A stretch of DNA of 64,000 nt. It comes from Batkoa obscura (Eukaryota). The position numbers and the translations under genes were made by a program. This document shows positions 1-12,785 of this stretch, piece after piece. The DNA lies in contig JASVEC010000023.1 of NCBI GenBank assembly GCA_030770535.1, forward strand, positions 496,001 to 560,000, given 5' to 3'. The notes under the pieces were generated by a model, which saw nothing but the letters and a program-made list of their open reading frames with translations, made no database searches and was not told where the DNA came from. Within the stretch, counting starts at the first letter, position 1. Every line of letters starts with the position of its first letter.

Positions 1-6
1 ATTTAG

Positions 7-143
7 TTATTACTTATGCAGACGAAGATGAATCGGTTGATAAGTTAAGAGAAAAAGTTAAATCTCAATTCGATAAAGATAACCAACCCAAGAAGAGAAG
101 AGTTGTTTTAGAAGATGAAGAAAATGAAGGAGATATGTTTTAA
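7..143 (+). CDS. Probable terminal exon of a gene starting left of the window (charged C-terminus, product unknown)
   Basis: After acceptor-like 'atttag' the frame reads ITYADEDESVDKLREKVKSQFDKDNQPKKRRVVLEDEENEGDMF*, with coding-like composition and an NLS-like KKRR. Confidence 0.55.
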
Positions 144-929
144 TTATTATAGAATCTATAGAGTAAACTTTTGTTAAATTAACCAACTATTCTTATCGAA
201 AATATATTAATAAAGTAAGATTAAATTTTTTTACAATGTTATCATTATTGAACATTTTATTGAATGTAGCTTTACAGTTACAGGAATATCATTTAATTAA
301 TTTATGAGATGGGCTGTAATTGAATTATATAAATTTTTTCCTCTCTAATCTAATGTGAATAGTTTCAAAAAAGTACTTGTCTAAGGCAGTATTTATTTGA
401 TTCAGCAATATAAGAATAGGATTCGGTTGCATAAATGCTTCAATATTTAAGATTACATCTTTCATAAAGAGCATATTATAGCAAATGATGAATATGAAAT
501 GTATGGAATCGATGACCTCTTTCATCATGATTTTGTTTATAAATTAGTAATTTATATAAAAAAACCTTTAAATATTATTCGATGTTTTTACAAAATCAGC
601 AATAATTTTATGTCTATACACATGAAGGTTTCTACATTTGATGCTGTACTATTCAAAGATAAAAATTGACATTGATATATAATTAGAATGTACTTTATAA
701 TGCTAACGCATTTCTGAAGATACTGTTTATTTTATTACTTATTTTGCTTTTTACTTGATAATTTTTAACTTACCGGGAGTGGTGCAAAAGCTTGGATTTT
801 ATTTTTTAGTTTCTCAATGACCATGCTTGAACATTATAGTTTAAATCTTATGCAATTAATTATTATACTTCATGAATAAATGAATTTTTCTATAAAACAC
901 TGTTCAGTAAACAATATAAAGAAGCAATA

Positions 930-1055
930 TATTTAACATAATCAAAAATCCAAGAAGAAACTCATCGACCAATTAATAGCCTATATAAATTATACCTTGA
1001 AAGAAGCAGATATTACAATATAAGCTTTAATACTTGATCCATGTTTTAAAGAAAT
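930..1055 (+). pseudogene. Possible hAT transposase remnant
   Basis: Translates KKKLIDQLIAYINYTLKEADITI*ALILDPCFK, resembling the hAT 'AxxLDPRFK' motif; short and degenerate. Confidence 0.3.
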
Positions 1056-1112
1056 ATTAAACTAATATTTTAAACTGCAATTCTAAAAAACACAAGGTCA
1101 AAAATAGAATAT

Positions 1113-1200
1113 GGGCATGTTTTTTTGCGTTTGTTTTACTAACAATTTTTCCGCTCAAATAGTACTTAAGGGAAAAAGCGATGAAGCCAAAAAAATTCCC
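1113..1200 (-). mobile_element. MITE family copy
   Basis: GGG..CCC termini, TSD ATAT/ATAT, internal deletion. Confidence 0.8.
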
Positions 1201-1313
1201 ATATAGCCTTTAAAAAAAATAATGCCAAACGAAGATTGAATAATGATGTATAAAGCAAAAAAAAACTTCAATCTTAAAAGATGTAATTTATTAATATAAT
1301 GAGAGCTCATAAA

Positions 1314-2438
1314 CTAACGAATTCTACAGGTTGAGTTACATTCCTCAATGCTAGTAAAAGCAAGACATCCACCACAACCACCATAAACGTCTTCAACACA
1401 TTTGCCTTTAGATGGATCAAAATGATAAGATGGGAAAGCTCCACGACACATTCCAGAGTCAGTTTTGATGTAACATTTTCTATCAAATTTGACTAAAGGA
1501 TTGAAAATTACATCTGGAATTTCAACTTTGCAAGATTCTTGAGAGAAAGAGCCATTAGTTTTGGGTTCTTCTTTCTTGGCTGGTTGACTGTTCTTTTTTA
1601 CACATGAGCTTTCACATTCTTGCTTACTTTCAAACACAAGACATCCATCAGCACAACCTCCAAAGGAATCTTCAATACATTTACCAGTAGCTGAGTCAAA
1701 GTGATAAGATTCAATAGACATACGACACATACCAGGTTCAGTCTTAATAAAACATTTATCATCTAATTTTTTCAAATCAGCGGATAAGTTATTAGGCTTA
1801 TTAACTTTGCAAGAGCCCTCCATTTTTCGTTCTTGTGGCTTAACTTGAGTAGCTGGTTGGTTACTCTTTTTTACACATGAGCTTTCACATTCTTGCATGC
1901 TACCGAATACGGAGCAACCATCAGCACAGCCACCAAACATACCTTTGATACATTTATTTTGTTTTAAATCAAAGTGATAGGAAGGGAAGCCAGCACGACA
2001 CATACCAGGTTCAGTCTTAATAAAACATTTATCATCTAATTTGTTCAACTCAGCTGATAGATTTTTAGGCTTATTTACTTTGCAAGAGTCTTGAGGTTCT
2101 TCTTGTGGTTTGGTTTGAGTAGTTGATTGGATAATGTTTTTAACACAGATGCCTTCACACTCTTTCATGGTACTGAAAGCAAGACATCCATCATCACAGC
2201 CTCCATGGAGACCTTTGACACATCTACCAGTAGCTTGATCAAAGTGATAAGATGGGAAAGCAGCACGACACATACCAGGTTGAGTTTTAATAAAACATCT
2301 ATTATCCAAATTTTTGTATTGAGGATTGTTACTAGTTTTGATTACTTTACAGTCCTCTTGCTTAAAATTGGATGATCTTTGAGAGCTACTTACAGCTAAT
2401 AAGGCGAATAAAGTTAAAGTTCTAAGTACACTATTCAT
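1314..2438 (-). CDS. Secreted 4-domain Kunitz/BPTI-type protease inhibitor (8-Cys variant), tandem copy 1
   Basis: Signal peptide MNSVLRTLTLFALLAVSSS; four domains with C-x8-C-x15-C-x7-C-x12-C-x3-C spacing (x11 in domain 4), GxCR loop, YHFD, GGC and FxxxxEC; intronless. Confidence 0.92.
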   Translation of the reverse strand: MNSVLRTLTLFALLAVSSSQRSSNFKQEDCKVIKTSNNPQYKNLDNRCFIKTQPGMCRAAFPSYHFDQATGRCVKGLHGGCDDGCLAFSTMKECEGICVKNIIQSTTQTKPQEEPQDSCKVNKPKNLSAELNKLDDKCFIKTEPGMCRAGFPSYHFDLKQNKCIKGMFGGCADGCSVFGSMQECESSCVKKSNQPATQVKPQERKMEGSCKVNKPNNLSADLKKLDDKCFIKTEPGMCRMSIESYHFDSATGKCIEDSFGGCADGCLVFESKQECESSCVKKNSQPAKKEEPKTNGSFSQESCKVEIPDVIFNPLVKFDRKCYIKTDSGMCRGAFPSYHFDPSKGKCVEDVYGGCGGCLAFTSIEECNSTCRIR

Positions 2439-4314
2439 GCTTGATTTTATAAATGTCTAAAATTTGTATTATTTTATATAATCTAATCTAATTGTTTTTT
2501 TTTAAATATTATGTGTTTAGTTTATGTGCTTATATACCTTCTTTAATCCTTGCATTGTTTTTTTGTTTATTATTTGATACAATACATACTTACAAATAAT
2601 GGATCAAGTAATTTAAAGTACTTCTATTCATTAATTAAGAATTATCATTTAAATTCATTTCAATTTATACTTTATTTATAATTTGGTAAGAATATTAGAA
2701 TTATAGTTAAATTTTAATAATATTAATGCACATAATTTTTATACTCTATTCCATATTTAACTTTATTTCGATATTACTATTTTTAGCATATTGCTTTATA
2801 TTACTAGTATCATCTTAATTTACCAAAAATTAAACTACTATAATTTGTTGTTTTGAAGAGTTCTTTAAACTATATTTGATAAATGCTAACAGACTTTATA
2901 CTCCTGATCCTTGCTAAAAGAATAAACCTTGTTTAAATTCAGTTTACATACTTTTGATTCGCATAAAGTTACCACAATAAAATAAATTGTTATTAATAAA
3001 TTGTGTTGTTTATATTAAGTGCTAATTACAAATAAATTTATAATATACTTTTGTAAAGGTACATGACATGGTATTTTTAGTAAATTCTATTTGCTTATTT
3101 AAAAAGAACTTCGGATCCCTAGGCCAAGATGTCTATTACTACGTCTTAATAATCTAAAGCTTAAAACAGTGTTTTGACATCAAACCTCAATAAAATAATA
3201 AAAAACAAATATCGGATACTAAATTTATTATTTTATAAATAATAAAACCAATAAATGTATATGGTGCTTAATGATCCGATAATATCGAGATAAACGAATT
3301 TTTATTTTTCAATATTTTGAATTATATTTATTAAACTGTTTTTTCAAATTATAGAAACGTATTCATACTTAAACTGTTTATTAAACTATATTTTGTTTAT
3401 ATGATGAATATTGATAGAAGTATAAGTATTTAAAATTTTATTTGCAAAAGCTTTTGCGAAGTTAAAAATAGATCAAAATAACTCATATAATGACAATTTT
3501 GAATATCTATATTTTATCAGTATTTACTTGATATAACTATCATATAGCTTAAGAATAGTTTAGGTTTGTAATTAGTTTATAGAATAATTTGATTAATCTT
3601 TTTAACACTATTTGGGCTTTACACTTAATGAAACCTAAATACTTAAACAATTTGTTTAGAAGCGTATTGAGTTATATCAAAAAAATATTCTAAATTCTAA
3701 ATAAAAAATATAAATGGTGTGATTTGAAAGTAGTAATATTTATAAAAAAAACTATTCAAAAGGAGTAAAAATAAGTGATGAAAAAACTTATAGATTAGTT
3801 AATTATAAACAAACGTAACCATCTGACTTTGATTTGACCGTATGTTATCTCATTTATTGGATATTTATATAATTCTTGAAAAAAGGATCAGAAGTGTTTA
3901 GATGATTACTATCAATATTGCTATAACAATAAAATTATTAATGATTACTTTTAACATTTGATATTGATTTTTGTACTTGTTTTCTAAAAAAACATGTTTA
4001 GGATGGAATTTATTAAAACTACAATATCAATATTTAAGGATCAATAGAATTAGTCAAGTTATTAAAACCTCAAGTATTAAAGCAGATCTATTTCCCTTAA
4101 AAACAAGATTACCATTTAAAAACCGCCTTAAGTTAAAAAGAGGAGAAAAATTTATAAACGAAGAAAGTCCCATATTATAAAAGCTAGAATTTAAATGAAA
4201 AGCCTAGACAAAACTTAAACACTCGTATACAATACTACGGTTAAAGCGATAACTATAACTTTAATTTTGTACTTTTGTAATGTCTTTATGTGATAAAAAT
4301 ATTTTTTATTATAT

Positions 4315-4413
4315 GGGGATGTTTTTTTTGGCTTCATTATTTTTTCCATCTTTTAAGCGCTATTTGAGTGAAAAAATTGTTAGTAAAATTCTTAAGTACA
4401 AAAATACATCCCC
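4315..4413 (+). mobile_element. MITE family copy (reference, 99 bp)
   Basis: GGGGATGTTTTTT...AAAAATACATCCCC, TSD ATAT/ATAT. Confidence 0.9.
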
Positions 4414-4564
4414 ATATAATTAAAAGTAACTACATTTCTATAATCAATTTAATTATAATTTAGGTAATAAGCTTAATTTAATTTAGGTGATTACATTATT
4501 AAAATTAAACGCACTTATAAATCAAATTCATACACAATTAATTTAAAGTTTTTTTATTTAATTT

Positions 4565-4656
4565 GGGAATGTATTTTCTCATTTAATTTTGCTAACGATC
4601 TTTCTGCTTAAATAACGCTTAGAAAATAGAAAAAGTGAAGTCAAAAAAACATCCAT
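4565..4656 (-). mobile_element. MITE family copy
   Basis: TSD ATTT/ATTT. Confidence 0.8.
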
Positions 4657-4876
4657 ATTTGCTACAAAAAACTTTATTTTCATATTTTAATATCCATACT
4701 TAATAATCATGATAAGAAATTATAACTAATAGTATTTTTTATATATACAACATTTTGTTATAAAGTATAAAAAGCTTTTTGTTATAAAACCTTTTTTTGA
4801 ATTTTAATGTTTAGTTTTAATAAAATTTATTTAATTTTTTATATAATTTATTATTAATATGAATTATTTATTATAT

Positions 4877-4971
4877 GGGGATGTATTTTTGTGTTTAAGA
4901 ATTTTACTAACAAATTTTCCGCTTTAAATAGTAGTTAAAAAATGGAAAAATAATGAAAAAAAACACTCCCC
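4877..4971 (-). mobile_element. MITE family copy
   Basis: TSD ATAT/ATAT. Confidence 0.88.
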
Positions 4972-5033
4972 ATATGTTACTTTTGCTTTATAAATAATTT
5001 TAATTATTAAAACTAAGATTCGTCATAACAAAT

Positions 5034-5129
5034 GAGGATGTTTTTGACTTCATCACTTTCTCTATCTTTTAAACGCTATTTGAGTGAAAAAATTGTTAGT
5101 AAAATTCTTAAAGATAAAAATACATTCCC
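5034..5129 (+). mobile_element. MITE family copy
   Basis: TSD AAAT/AAAT. Confidence 0.88.
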
Positions 5130-6274
5130 AAATAATTAGATACAATAAAAGCAAAATTTAGTAATATACATTAATTATTAGTAGTTTAATATTTGTAACT
5201 AACATAATTGATTTTAATATAAGATATTTAACTTATAAAAATTTAGTAGCTTAATGCTATTAAATTATACTGATTTAGTTTTGACTAATAACAATAATTA
5301 TTATAAAATACTAAATTAATAATATTAACTTTTATCAAATCTGGTTCATTTTTATAATTGCGAAGTTCGCGAAATAACCTAATTTATAGTACTAATATCT
5401 CTTATAAGTTGAATATAATGACTAGTATTTTTGTGTATGATTACTATTTAAATATTTTAAACTAATCTAAAAAAGTTATTTTAATTTCAATAATAGCTTT
5501 ATTTATAAACTAAAAACATTTTAATGATTTCATAAAAATACCTAGACTATTTTATTTTCAGCTATTTTTAATAAACAAGTCTAATAAAATACTATATCAA
5601 GGTCTTTTTTTATTAGATTTAATACTTTACTCACTTTAACAAAATCATTAGAGTATTTACCATCCTTCTAAAATTGTAAGATTCTATCTGTTGAGATCTG
5701 ACAAGGTTCATCTTTCAGGTATCCGTTAAAATCGTTTAATTTGTAACATTATATATTATATGTCATTATCCCGCTTGTTTAAAAGAAAAAACACAAACTA
5801 TTTTTCCCTTCACTGCCATCTACCAAGGTGGGAGCATTTCAATTTAGCACTTTTTTATGATACTATTATATTTAAACATTTACCATGCTTTGCACTCTCT
5901 TGTCTACTAAATTTGACGCAAAAAGATTTCTGCAATTTACATAATAACACACACCGTTTCCCTAGCAATTGCTTCATACAACCCAAATGCTATACTGAGC
6001 TTTAAATACATGTCATCCGCCTGATTTTTCATTGATTTTAAATAGACAATCTTAAATAAAATTTTATCTCACACTGACCTTATTTAACAATGGGCTTTTC
6101 TCTAAAAAAGATTAATATTATTTTCACAATGTTAGAGTGCAAAGTTAAACAATATGTAATTTATAATCACAATAGTTCAAATAAATAATGTAAATGGAAA
6201 TCTAACAACAACAAATGAATAAAAATGCCAATTTTTGAAATATACTGTTTATTAACATAATAAAAGCTCATAAA

Positions 6275-7399
6275 CTAACGAATTCTACAGGTTGAGTTAC
6301 ATTCCTCAATGCTAGTAAAAGCAAGACATCCACCACAACCACCATAAACGTCTTCAACACATTTGCCTTTAGATGGATCAAAATGATAAGATGGGAAAGC
6401 TCCACGACACATTCCAGAGTCAGTTTTGATGTAACATTTTCTATCAAATTTGACTAAAGGATTGAAAATTACATCTGGAATTTCAACTTTGCAAGATTCT
6501 TGAGAGAAAGAACCATTAGTTTTGGGTTCTTCTTTCTTGGCTGGTTGACTGTTCTTTTTTACACATGAGCTTTCACATTCTTGCTTACTTTCAAACACAA
6601 GACATCCATCAGCACAACCTCCAAAGGAATCTTCAATACATTTACCAGTAGCTGAGTCAAAGTGATAAGATTCAATAGACATACGACACATACCAGGTTC
6701 AGTCTTAATAAAACATTTATCATCTAATTTTTTCAAATCAGCGGATAAGTTATTAGGCTTATTAACTTTGCAAGAGCCCTCCATTTTTCGTTCTTGTGGC
6801 TTAACTTGAGTAGCTGGTTGGTTACTCTTTTTTACACATGAGCTTTCACATTCTTGCATGCTACCAAATACGGAGCAACCATCAGCACAGCCACCAAAGA
6901 TATCTTTAACACATTTATTTTGTTTCAAGTCAAAGTGATAAGAAGAGAAGGCAGCACGACACATACCAGGTTCAGTCTTAATAAAACATTTATCATCTAA
7001 TTTGTTCAACTCAGCTGATAGATTTTTAGGCTTATTTACTTTGCAAGAGTCTTGAGGTTCTTCTTGTGGTTTGGTTTGAGTAGTTGATTGGATAATGTTT
7101 TTAACACAGATGCCTTCACACTCTTTCATGGTACTGAAAGCAAGACATCCATCATCACAGCCTCCATGGAGACCTTTGACACATCTACCAGTAGCTTGAT
7201 CAAAGTGATAAGATGGGAAAGCAGCACGACACATACCAGGTTGAGTTTTAATAAAACATCTATTATCCAAATTTTTGTATTGAGGATTGTTACTAGTTTT
7301 GATTACTTTACAGTCCTCTTGCTTAAAATTGGATGATCTTTGAGAGCTACTTACAGCTAATAAGGCGAATAAAGTTAAAGTTCTAAGTACACTATTCAT
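6275..7399 (-). CDS. Secreted 4-domain Kunitz/BPTI-type protease inhibitor, tandem copy 2
   Basis: Same as copy 1 except five residues in domain 2. Confidence 0.92.
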   Translation of the reverse strand: MNSVLRTLTLFALLAVSSSQRSSNFKQEDCKVIKTSNNPQYKNLDNRCFIKTQPGMCRAAFPSYHFDQATGRCVKGLHGGCDDGCLAFSTMKECEGICVKNIIQSTTQTKPQEEPQDSCKVNKPKNLSAELNKLDDKCFIKTEPGMCRAAFSSYHFDLKQNKCVKDIFGGCADGCSVFGSMQECESSCVKKSNQPATQVKPQERKMEGSCKVNKPNNLSADLKKLDDKCFIKTEPGMCRMSIESYHFDSATGKCIEDSFGGCADGCLVFESKQECESSCVKKNSQPAKKEEPKTNGSFSQESCKVEIPDVIFNPLVKFDRKCYIKTDSGMCRGAFPSYHFDPSKGKCVEDVYGGCGGCLAFTSIEECNSTCRIR

Positions 7400-8249
7400 G
7401 CTTGATTTTATAAATGTCTAAAATTTGTATTATTTTATATAATCTAATCTAATTGTTTTTTTTTAAATATTATGTGTTTAGTTTATGTGCTTATATACCT
7501 TCTTTAATCCTTGCATTGTTTTTTTGTTTATTATTTGATACAATACATACTTACAAATAATGGATCAAGTAATTTAAAGTACTTCTATTCATTAATTAAG
7601 AATTATCATTTAAATTCATTTCAATTTATACTTTATTTATAATTTGGTAAAAGTTATAATGGAACTGGACCTAAGAAGTAAAAAAGTAAAAAATAATAGT
7701 ATTGATGCGTCATTTTTATGCTCTGTTCTTTATTTAAATTTATTCTGATGTTGCTATCTTTAGGATATTGTTTTAACTGTTGCCTTTATTAATACTAAAT
7801 AATTAAACTATTGTAAGTTTATTGATTTAATAAGTTCTTTAAACTATAATGAATCGACGCTATTAAATTAAATTTTCTTGACTTTTAACAAATTATATAC
7901 TCATTACATAACTCTAGTTCAAGTGCTTTTAATTTGGCATAAAGTTGCTACAACAAAATTCTTTTATGCTTTATCTTACTTTTAGATAAGTCCTATGGTA
8001 TATTATATATCTTTATATTTTATACATTATCATATAGTATCATACGATACTTCTAATAAATCATTTTTACTTTTTTTACTAGAATTCTTGTATAACTAGG
8101 CCTAAGCGTTTACTGTATTTGTCCTTTAGTATTCTAAATGTTTAGAACAGTGGTTTAATTTCTAAACCCTTGGCAAATTGATTACTAATTAATATATTTC
8201 GGATGCTATTTTTTTACAAATTTTATTATGTAATTTAATACTTTATAGA

Positions 8250-9180
8250 TAGTAAAATTAATGGGTACACCTCGATCAATAATCTGAGAATGTTACGGAA
8301 AACGCTTTTGACTTTTTAATAACAGGCAATATTAACTGAATTAATTTTTTCAAGTTGTAGAAATTCACTCGTATCTAAACTACTCATTAAACTACATTTT
8401 ATTTCTGTGAATCAATATTGATAAAAGTACAAATAGTTGAAATTTCATTTGCATTTTTTTGTAGAATTTAATAAGTCAAAATTAACTATATAGTGCCAAT
8501 TTTAGATATCTATATTTTATAGTATTTATTTGATATAGTGACAATATATCTTAAGAATAGTTTAAAGTCTAGTTAATTCTTAATACAAATCAGTTGTTTT
8601 ATTTAATGTTATTTGAGCTATATATGAAAGCAAGATAAAACTAAATAATTAATTTATTTTGAAGCATACTAAATTATATAGGATAAAGGATATCTAAAAT
8701 TATAAGAAAAATTACTTAGTCTGTTATAAAGGTAATATTTATATAAAGATTTAATATAAAGCAATAAAAGTGAGTGGTGAAAAAGTTATAAATTATCCAA
8801 AGGAACTTAAATTGACATAATCCTTTAACTATAACTTAATATTATTATATCAGAGTGTTTTTTTTGACTTCATTATTTTTTCCATTTTTAAGCGCTATTT
8901 AAGCGGGAAAATTATTAATAAAATTCTTAAACACAAATACATCCCCATATCTATTTCAGTATTGACGACATAGAATTTTTAAAAAACAAGTGGAGATATT
9001 TTAAGTGATTTCCACTAATAATATGATAATGCTAAAAGCATTAATAATTGATGTTTAACATGCAATATTGATTTTTACATTGAGTTTTTTAAAAATGTGT
9101 GTTAGGACAAGGTTTATTAAAACTAAAGTATTAGCAGGCAAAAATCAAAGCAAAGCCTAAAACTACTAATAGTTTCATAA
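8250..9180 (-). pseudogene. Possible decayed multi-pass membrane protein gene in the tandem spacer (homologous block at ~3300-4090)
   Basis: Minus-strand fragments TLVLINLVLTHIFKKLNVKINIAC and CQFKFLWIIYNFFTTHFYCFILNLY are hydrophobic and alignable with the copy-1 spacer; many stops; AT-rich DNA gives such peptides by chance. Confidence 0.25.
8851..8946 (+). mobile_element. MITE family copy
   Basis: TSD ATAT/ATAT. Confidence 0.88.
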
Positions 9181-10468
9181 ATTAAATATTGCTATGTACT
9201 TAGTGAAATTGTATTTACATGACAACATACAATTTATGAAACTATCAAGCAATTTAAAAAAATGACTAGTATAGATGGATCCACCTAACAATCGACTTCA
9301 AAATCACAGCTTTCCTTTATAACTGAAGAATTAGTTTATCTTATTTCTTATCCCAATTGTTTGAACTTGTTAATGTTGTATATCTAATATCCGAAAAACA
9401 AAACTAGAATTTAGTTTGAACATTCTATTACTCCCTTATGTTACTTATAGTGCCTTGCAGTGATTAGTATAAAATTCCTGATAAACTACTGGAATGCATC
9501 CAATTGTTGTTTTAGATAAAATTATGCTAAGTTGCCCCTTAATGATAAATAGCTTTTAAGCAAGATGAGCTTTGATATTTTAATACTATATTTATGTTCT
9601 ATTTTTTTACATATATATGATATTAGTCTACTTAAAAATCATACGTTATAGTAATAATTTTAGTATTCTATTTTTATTTTATAACACTTTAAATCTATCT
9701 TCCAATGACACATACTTTTTCACGCCTTAAAAACATTTTGACGTGGGTACGTGGAGCTTTTACCCTTTATTTTTCGTCAACTATTTGACTAAATAAATTT
9801 TGAACAAAAAGCTATAGTTAGCTTTTCTCTCTAAAACTTAGTACTTAAATCCACTCTGGTAAAGATATGCAAGATATCCACTATACATCTTACTACCATT
9901 CGATAAGATTGATACTATAGGTATTCGCCAAGTTCATTTGACCCACTCATTATACGACTATTTCTCTTTATGTAAAAGAAGGACTTTAACCACTTTTTTC
10001 TTAACTTCCATTTTTAGAAGGTAATCTAGCTTGACGCCTAGAGCATTTGAACATAAAAATTATATTTAGGCTCTCCCTTTGACTTACGTTTTTTTATCTA
10101 CCAAATGTGGGGTATGGCCTTTTTTATCCACTATAGAACTACTGATTTTTCTTTTTTAATAGCTACGCTTTATCATGAAAGTATAATATTTACCTCGAGT
10201 CTATAGTATCCCATTAGATTTTCTCTGGTTTCCAATAACTAATCTACAAAGAGCTACAGTTTACACTGATTTTGCTGCAACAACCCTCTCTTTACAGAAT
10301 TTAATAAATCCTTTATAACACTAAAATATAATATATAAAAATATTTTTAAAATTATAAACATAATGCTTTGAAACAAATATTATAAAAACTTTGATAATG
10401 ACAATAACAAAGATAAAAATTACAGTTTTCAGGACATACTAATTTATTTTATTTTAGGAGCTCATAGC

Positions 10469-11593
10469 TTAATGAGTTCTACAGGTTGAGTTACATTCCT
10501 CAATGCTAGTAAAAGCAAGACATCCACCACAACCACCATAAACGTCTTCAACACATTTGCCTTTAGATGGATCAAAATGATAAGATGGGAAAGCTCCACG
10601 ACACATTCCAGAGTCAGTTTTGATGTAACATTTTCTATCAAATTTGACTAAAGGATTGAAAATTACATCTGGAATTTCAACTTTGCAAGATTCTTGAGAG
10701 AAAGAGCCATTAGTTTTGGGTTCTTCTTTCTTGGCTGGTTGACTGTTCTTTTTTACACATGAGCTTTCACATTCTTGCTTACTTTCAAACACAAGACATC
10801 CATCAGCACAACCTCCAAAGGAATCTTCAATACATTTACCAGTAGCTGAGTCAAAGTGATAAGATTCAATAGACATACGACACATACCAGGTTCAGTCTT
10901 AATAAAACATTTATCATCTAATTTTTTCAAATCAGCGGATAAGTTATTAGGCTTATTAACTTTGCAAGAGCCCTCCATTTTTCGTTCTTGTGGCTTAACT
11001 TGAGTAGCTGGTTGGTTACTCTTTTTTACACATGAGCTTTCACATTCTTGCATGCTACCAAATACGGAGCAACCATCAGCACAGCCACCAAAGATATCTT
11101 TAACACATTTATTTTGTTTCAAGTCAAAGTGATAAGAAGAGAAGGCAGCACGACACATACCAGGTTCAGTCTTAATAAAACATTTATCATCTAATTTGTT
11201 CAACTCAGCTGATAGATTTTTAGGCTTATTTACTTTGCAAGAGTCTTGAGGTTCTTCTTGTGGTTTGGTTTGAGTAGTTGATTGGATAATGTTTTTAACA
11301 CAGATGCCTTCACACTCTTTCATGGTACTGAAAGCAAGACATCCATCATCACAGCCTCCATGGAGACCTTTGACACATCTACCAGTAGCTTGATCAAAGT
11401 GATAAGATGGGAAAGCAGCACGACACATACCAGGTTGAGTTTTAATAAAACATCTATTATCCAAATTTTTGTATTGAGGATTGTTACTAGTTTTGATTAC
11501 TTTACAGTCCTCTTGCTTAAAATTGGATGATCTTTGAGAGCTACTTACAGCTAATAAGGCGAATAAAGTTAAAGTTCTAAGTACACTATTCAT
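10469..11593 (-). CDS. Secreted 4-domain Kunitz/BPTI-type protease inhibitor, tandem copy 3
   Basis: Protein identical to copy 2 except the last two residues (TH vs IR). Confidence 0.92.
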   Translation of the reverse strand: MNSVLRTLTLFALLAVSSSQRSSNFKQEDCKVIKTSNNPQYKNLDNRCFIKTQPGMCRAAFPSYHFDQATGRCVKGLHGGCDDGCLAFSTMKECEGICVKNIIQSTTQTKPQEEPQDSCKVNKPKNLSAELNKLDDKCFIKTEPGMCRAAFSSYHFDLKQNKCVKDIFGGCADGCSVFGSMQECESSCVKKSNQPATQVKPQERKMEGSCKVNKPNNLSADLKKLDDKCFIKTEPGMCRMSIESYHFDSATGKCIEDSFGGCADGCLVFESKQECESSCVKKNSQPAKKEEPKTNGSFSQESCKVEIPDVIFNPLVKFDRKCYIKTDSGMCRGAFPSYHFDPSKGKCVEDVYGGCGGCLAFTSIEECNSTCRTH

Positions 11594-12692
11594 GTTTGAT
11601 TTTATAAATGTCTAAAATTTGTATTATTTTATATAATCTAATCTAATTGTTTTTTTTTAAATATTATGTGTTCATTTTATCTGTTTATATATCCATCACA
11701 ATCCTTATTTTTACTCACTCCAATCAATGTCTGACTTGTTTTTTATAAAAATCTTGGCTCAAGTAATCCAGTAACTTTCGTCCACTATTAAAGAACTATA
11801 ATAAGTTTCGATCATTATACTTTATTTATAATTTGGCAAAAAATCAAATAGAGTTCCGAGTAAGAACTTAAAAGTGAAAAATAACAAACTTAAAGCATCA
11901 TTTTTGAACTTCTTTCTATATTTGTGTTATTCTGCAGCTGTTATGCTTAGTATGTCATTTAATATTGGTAACCTCATATTAATTAATGTAAAAATTAAAG
12001 TGCTATAATTTATTGATTCAACGAGTTCTTTAAACTATATTTAATAGATATTAATAGACTTTATATTATTAATTCTTAATAAAAACAATAAAACTATACT
12101 ATTAAATTCAATTCACACATTTTTAATTAGTATAAAGTTGCTTTAATAAAATAAGGTTGTAAATGTCATATGTGTTCTTTGATATAAAATATCTTTTATA
12201 GATAAATGATATGTTATAATTTCTTAAAATCATGTAATGTTATTAACAAACTATATTCACTTATCTTGAAAGACTCTTTTGAAATCCTAGACCAAGTGTT
12301 TATTGCTTTTACATTTCAGTATTCTAGCTATTTAGAATAGTGATTTAATAACAAGTCTCAATAAAAAGATTACTAATTAGAAAATGTCGGGTACGGATAC
12401 TTGCTTTGCTCTAAACTTAGTTACGTAACTTAATATTCTATAAATGATAATCTCAACAATTACAATGACTAAAATTTTATACGTTATTAATAATAAACAC
12501 TAATTAATTATTAGTAACTTTATCTTTGTTAAGTACTATTTTTCAACTAATACAATTGATTTTTAATTATCGTGGTGCCCTTACCAAACATGATTTAAAT
12601 GTTAGGGATGTCTGAATTAGTTTCATTTTATCTAATTTTTAAATAATTTTTTGTATTTTAAAAACTTCGCTTAAAATTTTATAAAATCAAAT

Positions 12693-12785
12693 GGGAGTGT
12701 TTTTTTTGACTTCATTATTTTTTCCATTTTTAAGCGCTATTTAAGCGGAAAAGTTAGTAAAATTCTTAAACAAAAATACATTCAC
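12693..12785 (+). mobile_element. MITE family copy
   Basis: TSD AAAT/AAAT. Confidence 0.88.

Larger units (their letters stand above)
1314..12400. repeat. Old tandem triplication of a 4-5 kb unit (Kunitz gene plus diverged spacer)
   Basis: Gene offsets 4961 and 4194 bp; spacers share recognisable blocks (e.g. 'agttctttaaactata' near 2860, 7833, 12024; 'ctag(g/a)cc(a/t)a' near 3120, 8096, 12286). Confidence 0.85.
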
